NCBI GenBank assembly: GCA_963707025.1 | Contig: CAVPOM010000015.1 | Location: forward strand, 192,001-256,000 | Direction of reading: 5' to 3' | DNA length: 64,000 bases | Source of the DNA: an uncultured Verrucomicrobiae bacterium | Lineage (GTDB): Bacteria; Verrucomicrobiota; Verrucomicrobiia; Limisphaerales; Palsa-1400 | Notes under the pieces: generated by a model | Told to the model about the DNA's origin: nothing | The model's input: the letters and a program-made list of their open reading frames with translations, nothing else | Databases searched by the model: none | Shown: piece by piece, positions 53,477-62,986 of the stretch | How the letters are laid out: each line of letters begins with the position of its first letter | Numbering within the stretch: the first letter of the stretch is position 1 | Translations under genes and position numbers: made by a program

Positions 53477-53529
53477 CCGAATCGGCCTTGGTCCGAATAT
53501 AAAATCGGAGGTTGTTTTTGCAGGGATCC

Positions 53530-54726
53530 TTATCTCGGGTCCTCAATCGCGCCATGGAAAAGAATCGCGCCGGTCTGGTTTTCCCGGATGGCCACATAAA
53601 AAGGCCGGTCCACGATCATGGTGAAAGGAGGCTCGGGTTCGCGCCGGACCAGCGAGGGCCTCATCGCGATGCCGCTGGCGGCGGCGGCTTCCGTTCCCTC
53701 CTCGTTCACCTCCACAAAGGTCTTTTGCACCACCTGGCTGATGTGCAAAGGCTCCTCGGAAATGCCGGCAAACTCCGCTTCGCGGCTGAAGGCGCGCGGC
53801 ATTCCCAGCGCCTTGAGTTCCCCGTTCAGCTCATATTTGTTTTCCAGCTTGAAGCGCGGCAGTTCCAGCGTTCCCTCCCTCGCACGGAACTGCGCCATGC
53901 ATTGCTCCCAATTTTCCGGCGTGAGGTCCTGGATAAACTTGTCCAGGTTTTCCTTGGGCAAAAAGACGCACAGGCTAGCCTGCCGGCTGGCGTAAGGCAG
54001 CATCACCGCCTGGAAACCGGCGCTCTCCAAATAGCTCATCCGGTCCTGGCGAGTCATTCGCGGATGCGGCACCGTTTGCCCGGCGCGCAAGGTGAAAGGC
54101 TGGTCGCGCGTCAACTTCTTGTCGAACGGCGTCTCCCAACTTCCCTTGAAATAAATCGCATCGAGCAGGATGAGGCGCAGATCCGGCGGCAGCGGCGGGT
54201 CGAAGATGGAGGGGATTTTGCCGTGGGTGTTTTGGCCCACCCAATCATTGATTCTCTTCACCGTGGCCGGATCTTTAAAATCCACCCCGGCCACTTCCGC
54301 CCGGTACGACTTCTCGCAACTGGAGACAAAGTCCGGCTTGATTTTTGCGTCCGCCTGCGTCCAAAGACTGTTGGCGATTTCCAGTTTGATTCTCGCATCC
54401 AGTCCCAACAGATGGTCGAGCAACAATTTGTTGCCCTCATTCCAGGCCGGGGCCGCCACTCCCGGCATTTGCAGCGTCCCGGCCATTTGCTCCAAGGTCT
54501 GGCCGCGCGCGCCGTTGCCGGCCATGGCCAGCGCCAGCGCCATTCCCACCGGGCTTTGAAAGACGTTGCGGCCGGGCGCCTCTTTTCTGGTTTCCGCCAG
54601 CAATTTGAAGCCGAAGGCGTTGTCCGCCCGCGCCGCCCTCTCCAGCGCGGGATTAGACCCCGGCAACGCTTGGGCGGACGCCAGTTCAGCAACCATCAAA
54701 CAACCAAGCAGGGCCAGGATCTTCAT
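53530..54726 (-). CDS. Secreted serpin
   Basis: NVFQSP, INDWV..NT.GKI, AIYFKGSW, LPRFKLE, VNEEGTEAAAAS hinge and DRPF motifs. Confidence 0.95.
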   Translation of the reverse strand: MKILALLGCLMVAELASAQALPGSNPALERAARADNAFGFKLLAETRKEAPGRNVFQSPVGMALALAMAGNGARGQTLEQMAGTLQMPGVAAPAWNEGNKLLLDHLLGLDARIKLEIANSLWTQADAKIKPDFVSSCEKSYRAEVAGVDFKDPATVKRINDWVGQNTHGKIPSIFDPPLPPDLRLILLDAIYFKGSWETPFDKKLTRDQPFTLRAGQTVPHPRMTRQDRMSYLESAGFQAVMLPYASRQASLCVFLPKENLDKFIQDLTPENWEQCMAQFRAREGTLELPRFKLENKYELNGELKALGMPRAFSREAEFAGISEEPLHISQVVQKTFVEVNEEGTEAAAASGIAMRPSLVRREPEPPFTMIVDRPFYVAIRENQTGAILFHGAIEDPR

Positions 54727-54918
54727 AGTGGTAGGGCGGGCCCCGGCCTGCCGGGACCCGCCGCTGGGATAATCTTATCACAAACTGCAAGCGGCGCAAT
54801 CCGCCACCCCCCATCACCGTTGGGTGCCTCGGACAGATCGGTCGGATTGGTCGGATCGGTCGGATCAAGCCCGGAAGTCGGGATTGAAAAAGCCGCGGCC
54901 CACTGGCAACCTGTGCCC

Positions 54919-55899
54919 ATGAATCATCTGGCGCGCGCGCGCAAAGTCTTCGACATTGAATTGCAGGCCCTCAAGGCCGTGCGGGCCCAACTGGACGGCG
55001 CGTTCGCCGCCGCGGTGGAAATCGTCGTCGAATCCCTCAAACAGCGGGGCAAGATCATCGTGGTCGGCATCGGCAAATCCGGCAACGTCGGCCAGAAAAT
55101 TGCCGCCACCCTCACCAGCACCGGTTCCCCCAGCGTCCTGCTCAACAGCGTGGACGCCCTGCACGGCGATCTGGGCCTGGTCAATGACGGCGATGTGGTG
55201 CTGGCCCTCAGTTATTCGGGCGCCTCGGAAGAGCTGCTCAACCTGTTTCCCGCCCTGAAACGCTTTTCTGTCAAAATAATTTCCTTCACCGGCGCCCCCA
55301 AGTCCCCGCTGGCCAGGTACAGCGACGTGGTGCTGAACATCAAGGTCCCCCGCGAAGCCTGCCCCTTCAACCTGGCCCCCACCTCCAGCACCACCGCCAT
55401 GCTGGTGCTGGGCGACGCCCTGGCCATGGCCGTCCTGCAGGCCCGCGGCTTTGCCGAAAAAGATTTCGCCAAACATCATCCCTCCGGCGCCATCGGCCGC
55501 GCCCTGCTCCTCACCATCCGCGACATCATGCGCACGGGCGCGCGCAATGCCGTGGCCGGCGAAGACCTGACCGTCAAGGAGGCCCTCCTGGTCATGGTCG
55601 CCGCCAAGTCCGGCAGCGTCGCCGTCGTCAACCCACGCGGCCAATTGACCGGCGTCTTCACCGATGGCGACTTCCGGCGTCAGATGGCCCGGGAAAAGGA
55701 CGAGGGCGCCGCCCTGGCCAGGCCCCTGGGCAGCGTCATGACCCGCCACCCGGTTTGCGTTCGCGACCAGGCCCTGGCCGTGGAAGCGCTCAAAATCTTC
55801 AACCAGCGCAACATTGACGATCTCATCGTCGTCAACGCCCGGCGCCAGCCGGTCGGTTTGATTGACCTGCAAGATTTGCCCAAACTGAAGCTGGTGTGA
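54919..55899 (+). CDS. kdsD: Arabinose-5-phosphate isomerase (KpsF/GutQ family, SIS plus 2 CBS)
   Basis: GIGKSG, HGDLG, SYSG, EACPFNLAPTSSTT, HPSGAIG and FTDGDFRR motifs. Confidence 0.93.
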   Translation: MNHLARARKVFDIELQALKAVRAQLDGAFAAAVEIVVESLKQRGKIIVVGIGKSGNVGQKIAATLTSTGSPSVLLNSVDALHGDLGLVNDGDVVLALSYSGASEELLNLFPALKRFSVKIISFTGAPKSPLARYSDVVLNIKVPREACPFNLAPTSSTTAMLVLGDALAMAVLQARGFAEKDFAKHHPSGAIGRALLLTIRDIMRTGARNAVAGEDLTVKEALLVMVAAKSGSVAVVNPRGQLTGVFTDGDFRRQMAREKDEGAALARPLGSVMTRHPVCVRDQALAVEALKIFNQRNIDDLIVVNARRQPVGLIDLQDLPKLKLV

Positions 55900-55914
55900 A
55901 GCAACGCAGAGGCG

Positions 55915-56454
55915 TCACATCGGCCGGTAATAGTCCGCCCGCCGCAAAACCGCCCGCACATACTCGCGCGTCGTTGGAAAACCAATTTGCCCGACGAAGA
56001 TCCCGCTCTGCCGCGCCCCCGGCCCGTTGAGCCACTTGAGCACGTTGCTGCGTCCGGCATTGTAATCGGCCAGGCCGTAGGCGGCGGGATTGTCCGTGTC
56101 CTGATAACGCAGCAACAGCTTTTTCAAATACCACGCCCCGGCCAGCGTGTTGGTGGCCGGGTCCAGACAGGCCCGGTGTTCAAAGGAGGCCAGGTGCTCC
56201 GCCTTGGCCCATTCCGCCGCGGCCGGTTCGCGGATTTGCATCAGGCCCAACTCCCCGGCCCGTCCGCGCGCGTCCGGATTAAACCGGCTCTCGCGCCACA
56301 CCACCGCCTTGACCAGCGCGGGATCGATTTGATAGCGATTGGCCGCCGCCACAATGACCGAATCAAACCGGCGCTCGCGCCAGTAATCCCAGCCCCAATA
56401 CGCCATCACGCCCAGCGCGAGCAGCACTGCCATCCATCGTAAACGGCGTCGCAA
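55915..56454 (-). CDS. Lytic transglycosylase (SLT domain)
   Basis: TM anchor; AVVWRESRF, GLMQI, GAWYL and YNAG motifs. Start uncertain. Confidence 0.9.
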   Translation of the reverse strand: MRRRLRWMAVLLALGVMAYWGWDYWRERRFDSVIVAAANRYQIDPALVKAVVWRESRFNPDARGRAGELGLMQIREPAAAEWAKAEHLASFEHRACLDPATNTLAGAWYLKKLLLRYQDTDNPAAYGLADYNAGRSNVLKWLNGPGARQSGIFVGQIGFPTTREYVRAVLRRADYYRPM

Positions 56455-56618
56455 TTTCAATTTGGCAAAAGTTTGTTCGGGCCCGGTTTTGAGCACTGAA
56501 CACCAAAACGCCGCCACTGGCAACCTTCCCCTTCATCGGGCAGTGCCCTGAATTGATTGTTGTAGTGTCGGCGCTGTGCGCCGATGTCGAGCCACAGGCT
56601 CGACGCTACACCAGATTA

Positions 56619-57622
56619 GAGCGTTTCCATAAATGATATAGCTTGACTGGGGCGAGAGGGCTGGCAGGCTTGAGCCATGCGAGCGATACCCGTGTCTGCG
56701 CGCGAGCGCATCCTGCAACTCTATGAACAAGGCAAAAGCACCCGCGAGATCGCGGACTTTTTCGGCTTTTGCGTGGCGGCGGTGCGCCGGGTCCGACAGC
56801 AGTTCCAAGAGCGCGGCACGCTCCAGCCGCAAACCCATTTGTGCGGGCGCAAAACGCTGCTGAACGCCGGACGCCAGGCTCGCCTGCAAAAGCTGGTGGC
56901 GGCCCAGCCCGACGCGACGTTGGCCGAGTTGGGGGCGCGTCTGGACCGCCCTTTCGGGACCTCCACTGTGGATTTGTGGCTGCGCAAACTGGGGTTGAGC
57001 TATAAAAAAAACGCTCTGCGCCGCCGAGCAGAACCGTCCGGACGTGGCCGAAAAGCGGGCCCATTGGCATGAGCGTCTGGCAAGTGACCCACCTGCCCGA
57101 CTGGTCTTCGTGGATGAAAGCGGGGCCAACACCAAGATGACCCGTTTTTGCGGGCGGTCACCCGTGGGCCGAAGACTGGCGGCCCACGTCCCGCAGGGAC
57201 ATTATCAGACCACCACCCTGGTCTGCGCCATTCGTCTGGCCGGGCCTGCGGCCCCCTGCCTCTTTGAGGGGGCCATGGACGGGGAAATGTTTTTGGCCTG
57301 GATCCAGCAGGGGCTGGTGGTGGAGTTGCGCAAGGGTGACTTGGTCATCATGGACAACTTGGCCACGCATAAGGTGACCGGAGTCCGCCAAGCCATCGAA
57401 GAGGCCGGGGCAACGCTGCTGTATCTGCCGCCCTATTCGCCAGACTTTAATCCCATCGAAAATATGTGGAGCAAGGTCAAACAAATTATGCGAGGTCTCG
57501 CGCCGCGAACCGCCAAGGAACTGCTCCAAGCGGCGAAGATTGCCTTTGAAGCCATCTCCACCGCCGATTGCCGGGGCTTCTTTTTAAACGCCCGCTACGC
57601 TACATGATTTATGGAAATGCTC
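56619..57622 (+). mobile_element. IS630-family insertion sequence, copy 2 (1004 bp)
   Basis: Same TIRs as copy 1; TA duplication at 56617-56618 and 57623-57624; one synonymous difference from copy 1 was seen. Confidence 0.95.
56677..57607 (+). CDS. IS630 transposase (two ORFs joined at A8)
   Basis: Proteins identical to copy 1. Confidence 0.92.
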
Positions 57623-57722
57623 TAGGATACTACCCTTCATCGGCAGGGCGGGACTCCGCCGCGCCGCGACTGGATTGCACAGGCGGCGGGCATGGCTCCT
57701 TCCTTCCTCTCTCCCGGCAGGT

Positions 57723-58486
57723 TCACCACCATGGGTTCGCTATACTGACCGGCATGTTTCCAGGAGTGGCGAGCGGAATGCTGAAGGCGGCGACGTGGCT
57801 GTCGCCCCACAACATGACCGTCCAGCTTTGCCCTTTGTAATTGTGCCAGACGCTGCGCACGTCGGTGTTCCCTCGATTGGGATGCCAGATCCAGTCGCCT
57901 TGAATGATCTTGGTGCCCGGCCTGACGGCGATGTCGCCGCTTTTCATGGATTTGCCTTGGTAGGTATCGGCCGGGCTGCCAAGGTCGCCAAAGGGGTGCT
58001 CCACCCCAAAAGCGTCGTTGGCCCAATTCACCAAGTAGCTGGTCCCAAAGACACTCCAGCAATTCGAGCCGGGCGGTGTAGGATGGGCCGGGAAGTCGTC
58101 ACCCTGGTCTGCCGGGCATTGAAAAACCTGGCTGTTCCCTTCGTAGCCGTAAAGCCCCCGGTCAGCGGTCGCGACGAAGAATTCGTATGTGCCGTCCTGG
58201 CCGCCCAGCGCGTTCCAGTCCCAGATGCGCGGCAGGATGTCAGAGTTGTCGCCCGTATAAAGCGCCAGGGCGATGCCAATTTGCCTTTGGTTGGACACGC
58301 ATTTCTCCTGCTGCGCCTTCTTCTTGGCGTTCGACAAGGCCGGCAGGAGCAGCGCCGCCAGTATGCCAATGATCGCAATCACCACCAGCAATTCCACCAG
58401 CGTGAAGCCGCTGGCGCGTTCTCCCGCCGGGCCGGGCTTGGGGCGGCGAACTGCCGCGAAGGCGGCTTTTTGTTGGTCAGGCGCAT
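57723..58486 (-). CDS. Prepilin-type N-terminal cleavage/methylation protein (PVC pseudopilin), frameshift in the leader
   Basis: [40 protein letters not shown] and WH...WGDSHV motifs. ATG 58486 is one base out of frame. Confidence 0.88.
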
Positions 58487-58490
58487 TGTG

Positions 58491-60530
58491 TTAGTTCCCC
58501 CGGATTCGATAATACGCGCGGGAGCTGGCATTGGTGGTGGTCAGGCGAAACTGGCTGTTGCTCACCACGGTTTGCAGCGCGGCAAGGGTATCTGTCGTCC
58601 AGAGTCCGTTCGGGTCCATCGCGGTCAGCACCAGCAAGGGCATGCCATTGCGGTAATTGCCGACATTAAAAACGGCTTGCACCTGGTTGCCGGAACGGCT
58701 GGGCGAACCGGCAAATTGGATCGTCACCGGCGGCAGATTGCTGGCCGCGACCTGGGTCACCGGCCCCCACGGCAGCGCCCGTCCGGGCAGCAACGCGCGC
58801 GCGCTCAACTGATAGATGCCGGCGTTGGTGGGATCGAAGACCAAGGAGGGCCCGGGGATGCTGTTGGTGACAGAGCCTCGCGTCTGCAGCGCACCGGAAA
58901 TGGCAATGTTATCCAGACACAGGCCAACGTCGGGGTCCGTCTGGGGATAATAGCTGCCGCCGATAAACTCCCACGCAAACTGGAACTGGGCGGTAAGGCC
59001 CGCATAAGCAGCCAGGGAATTGGTGATGTTGACAAACGAACTGTCCGAGGTGTTGCCGCCCGCCTCCACCCAGAGGTCCACCCAGGACAGGCCGCCATTG
59101 GTCGAAATCTGCGCATGCGCGACCTGGCTGCTGGTAGCCAAGCCCAGCATTTTTTCGAAAGTGAGCTGGCTGCCGGCCGACAGCACCAGGGCCGGTTGGA
59201 GGGTTAGATATTGCGAGGTGGGTGGAGTAGGCTGGGCCAGATGAAAACAATAATTGCCCGGCTCCCCGGGGGTGTTCGTAATCACAGAGTAAGTCCCCGA
59301 ACTGATCACGGCGAAATTGGTCAATCCGTTCGGGGCCGCTACGACCTGAGTGTAGGGCGTCAGGAAAGTCTCCAGCCACTCATAATTGGTGGCGCCGCCA
59401 ATGGCATGGAAGGAATAGGCGTTGCTCTCATTGAGGGCGGCGGGATTGGATCCCACCAGCACGGGCGGCGAGTAGGCCGGGACAAAATCCACTTTCACAT
59501 TGGCCAGGCCGGAGACGGTCGCGACCTGTTGCGTGGTCGTGAAGCCGGCGCCGGAAAAAATGATCGTATAATTTCCGTTGGTCGTCACGGGAACGGTGTA
59601 GCCGCCCGAATTGGCGGTGAGGGCGAAATAGGTGGAGCCGGGGACTTGCACGGTGACCCCTCCGATCCCCTCCCCCGGATCGTAAAAGCCGTTGCCGTTC
59701 AGGTCGTAATAAGCCACCCCGGTGAGAAAGGGGGTGCCGGAAAAAGTCGCGCCGAAGTCCTGCGTGACCAACTGCGGCCCCACCGGCCCGTGGGAGCCGT
59801 CCACCACGCCGACCCCCACTTCGCGGAAGGCGCTGTCGTGGATATTCTCGCGGTGCCCGGGCGGGCTTTGCATGCCGCCGGTCGCGGCCGAACCGCCCCA
59901 ATCCACCTCAAACCCGGCGTGACCGTAAAAGACGGAATAGGAATAAGCGAAAACATTCTCGCCATAAGTGGACCAGTCGTAACCCTGGGCCATGATGCGC
60001 TGGCCCGGATCGGTGCCATCGCTGTTGGTGTGGCCCTGATACTCGTTGGTGAACATGTCCCCGCTATGCAGCCGCGCCGCGGTCATCAGCTCGACGTTCA
60101 TGGCCAGCGGTGGCGCCGCGGCGATGGCGTCAAACTGGCTCTCCATCAGGCTCAGGTTCACCCCGAAGTAAGAGTAGGCGGCCAGGACGTTTGTATCGGT
60201 GGTGCTGGCGAGAATGGCCCCTTCGGCGGGCGGGTTGGCCCTGGCCCGGTTGAGGTACTCCAGATACTGCTGTTCCTCATCGGTCGGCTGCCCTATCGAA
60301 TAAGGCGTGGCCCCTTCCGGCGCAGGCGTCTGTGGGATCGGATGAGAGCGAGGCTTGGCCACCATGATCGGGGGCGCGGTGGGCGGGGCTTGGGGCGGAC
60401 GGGCATCGCCCGGCACCGGAGCCAATTGAGCCGCGGCGCAAAGCGGGAGCCACGCCCCGGCCACAGCCGCCAGGATGGCAGCGGCTCTTCTCCCGGTTAA
60501 GTGCAATGCCTCAAGGCTTGATGTCTTCAT
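58491..60530 (-). CDS. Secreted CAP/SCP-domain protein with beta-sandwich modules
   Basis: LEYLNRARANP, AARLHSGDM, GENVFA, PGHRENI..FREVGVG and YYDLNGNGFYDPGEG motifs. Confidence 0.85.
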   Translation of the reverse strand: MKTSSLEALHLTGRRAAAILAAVAGAWLPLCAAAQLAPVPGDARPPQAPPTAPPIMVAKPRSHPIPQTPAPEGATPYSIGQPTDEEQQYLEYLNRARANPPAEGAILASTTDTNVLAAYSYFGVNLSLMESQFDAIAAAPPLAMNVELMTAARLHSGDMFTNEYQGHTNSDGTDPGQRIMAQGYDWSTYGENVFAYSYSVFYGHAGFEVDWGGSAATGGMQSPPGHRENIHDSAFREVGVGVVDGSHGPVGPQLVTQDFGATFSGTPFLTGVAYYDLNGNGFYDPGEGIGGVTVQVPGSTYFALTANSGGYTVPVTTNGNYTIIFSGAGFTTTQQVATVSGLANVKVDFVPAYSPPVLVGSNPAALNESNAYSFHAIGGATNYEWLETFLTPYTQVVAAPNGLTNFAVISSGTYSVITNTPGEPGNYCFHLAQPTPPTSQYLTLQPALVLSAGSQLTFEKMLGLATSSQVAHAQISTNGGLSWVDLWVEAGGNTSDSSFVNITNSLAAYAGLTAQFQFAWEFIGGSYYPQTDPDVGLCLDNIAISGALQTRGSVTNSIPGPSLVFDPTNAGIYQLSARALLPGRALPWGPVTQVAASNLPPVTIQFAGSPSRSGNQVQAVFNVGNYRNGMPLLVLTAMDPNGLWTTDTLAALQTVVSNSQFRLTTTNASSRAYYRIRGN

Positions 60531-60934
60531 AATCGTATTGGCGGCGGAAACTTTGTTCGGCACCCGTCCCGAAAGCATGCCAGTTGCTGATTCTGTTTGC
60601 AATCCCGCCGCGCCCAACTCATCGCTCATCACTGTCCAAACCCCTCAGCATTCTCATTTTACCATTCGCCATTCAAAATTCACCATTCCTCATCGAGAGA
60701 GGGCGGCGGGCCAGACGGCTGGCGACCAAGGGAATATGCGACGATGCGGGCCTGACCAGTCTCGACTCGTTTCTGGCGAAAAGAACTTAAACAAGCCAAT
60801 AATACGGTTTGGCCCCGACGACGTGCCGAAAATACCTCACCACCCGAAAAGGCCAACAAACGGGCAGTAATTGCCAAGAATAGGGGAGCTTTCCACACGA
60901 TGCCCGGGCGATATTATCAATAGGGTTACGAATC

Positions 60935-62940
60935 ATGGTTTCAAGAAATCGCAATCCAAGGAAGGTAAAGACGCAAACTTTAAACGCTTCATTCGGCGTA
61001 GGCATTCTCATTCTGGCAGGCTTGTTGCCCGGCCCACTCCAGGTTTGCCGCGCCCAAATCCTGGTCGGCGGATTCACCAACCAATCGGACACGCTGGCGC
61101 CACTTTCCACGGTCCCCGCAAGCGGCACGTTTTGGAGCGCGCAACTGAACATGCCGCCGTGGCCGGTTGACTGGCTTCCGCAATTGCCGGTCTATGCGTA
61201 TGGACCCGCAGCAACCAAATGTTCGTCATTGACGACCGGAATTGGGATTACCCCTCGTATTGGGCCTCCGTGGCGGCGACCGCCACAAATTACGGCGGGA
61301 TGGGCGCAATGATTGTCGGTGGCCCTCCCCCGCTGCCGACAAATGCCTGGACCAACTCCTCAGGCGGCGGCGGCGTGCCCAGTTACGCATTTCCGATGTA
61401 CTTGCCCGATGATTTATACCTCACGAACTTCGCGCTGGCCAACGGGACGACGGCTGAGTTCGTGATTCATCAGCCTTCCAACATTACCGCCACGAACGGC
61501 ATGTGGGATGTTTTTTACACGACCAACCTTGCGCCGCCGATCTCCTGGCAATGGGTGTTGACGAACGCGCCGGGGTTGACGACCCTGTACGTGACCAACG
61601 CGACGAACGCCCAAGGCTTTTACACCATCGGTTTTCCATCTGCGGGCACGGATTTCTGGCTTGCGTTTATGAATACCGAACAAGAAGGAAGAGGTTCCTA
61701 CATGCTTTACATTTCCAGTCAGGTGGCAACCAGTGGAACCGTGTGTAATCCCTCTGTACAGGGAACCGGCTTTACAAACAATTTCACCCTAATGCCTGGG
61801 ACTGTGACCAACATAATTATTCCAAACGGGGTTCCTATTAACCCGGACTTTTATGATGAGACTACACCCAACTATGCCATACATGTCATGGCCACCCTCC
61901 CGGTTTCGGTGTACGCGCTAAACCACCTTTACGCCGCAAGCTGGGCTTTTAGCGCTTATCCGACGCCGATGCTGGGAACCAATTACCGCGTCATGGCCCG
62001 TCCGGCTCTCGACGACTGGTACTACGGTCATTCCCAGTTTGCGATTGTAGCAACCGTCAATAATACCACGGTGTGGATCACACCTTCAACGAACGCCAAT
62101 CTGCTGGCATATTCCGGTGGAACCTACAGCAACACGTACCCCATCACCATGAACCAAGGAGACGCATATCAAATCTACAGCAGCAGCAATACCGACGATG
62201 TGACTGGAACACTGATCAGATCCACTAGCCCAATTGCGGTATTCGCAGGTGCGAATGATGCTTATGTTCCCGCCACGACCAATGGGGACTCAAATCCACT
62301 GTGCCAAGAGCAATTGCCGCTCGGCTCCTGGGGGAACCAAGCGCTGGCTCTGTGCTTTGGTCGGCCGGGTGGCGACAGCTATCGCGTCCTCGCAGCGACT
62401 GACGACACGACCCTGACCACAACGACCAGCAATGGCGTGGTGACCAACAACCTCGTGGCCGGCCAGTTCTTAGACACCATTCTGGATGGCTGGGTTGAAT
62501 TCCAGGCAAACAATCCAATCCAAGTAGCCCAATTCGCCCAAGGAGGCAAAAGCGACTACGATGATGGAGATCCATGCGAAATGTTGTTGCCTCCCACTGG
62601 TCGTTATTTGTCCTCCTATACCATCGCCATTCCGCCCTGTCCTTTCCCTGAAGGAGGAGGCTTTAACAACAATTTCCTGAATCTTATTGTTCCACAGTCA
62701 GCGATAACAAACACGTTTGTCAACGACGAACCCCTAACCAATTTGGTGGCGATTAGCAATTTCGTGGCGATCACGAACAGCGGTTACTGGGCAGCGCGAC
62801 TGTCGGTACCGGCTGGAACAAATTATACGATCAACTCTTCGCAACCGCTTGAAGTCCAGGTCTACGGATTTGCCGATAGCGCTTACACAGGATTTGATGA
62901 TGCCTATTGCTATATTGGCGGGTTCACTGTTTTTCCGTAG
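60935..62940 (+). CDS. Secreted IgGFc-binding-domain protein, frameshifted near 61210
   Basis: Signal peptide in 60935..61312; GTDFWLAF, PVSVYALN, PTPMLGTNY, STSPIAVFAG, EQLPLGSWG and GDP motifs in 61219..62940. Confidence 0.78.
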
Positions 62941-62986
62941 GCAAAGCACTCTGAAAGATCGCTATGAAGAGAAAGAACGAACTATT

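Larger units (their letters stand above)
56540..57633. mobile_element. Putative 88-bp MITE with a REP doublet, interrupted by IS630 copy 2
   Basis: Direct repeat CCTTCATCGG at 56530-56539 and 57634-57643; weak TIRs; internal TGTAG...CTACA doublet at 56561-56610. Confidence 0.55.

Noticed and set aside
5880..60500. Many long antisense ORFs (e.g. 6723..8573, 9056..10975, 13603..15546, 29441..31099, 39475..41712, 59211..60500)
   Set aside because: High-GC shadow frames opposite well-supported genes, with no recognisable motifs.
15282..62940. Phase variation or genome decay as the cause of split genes
   Set aside because: The runs are short, the direction is nearly uniform and trpS is affected; sequencing error is more parsimonious.
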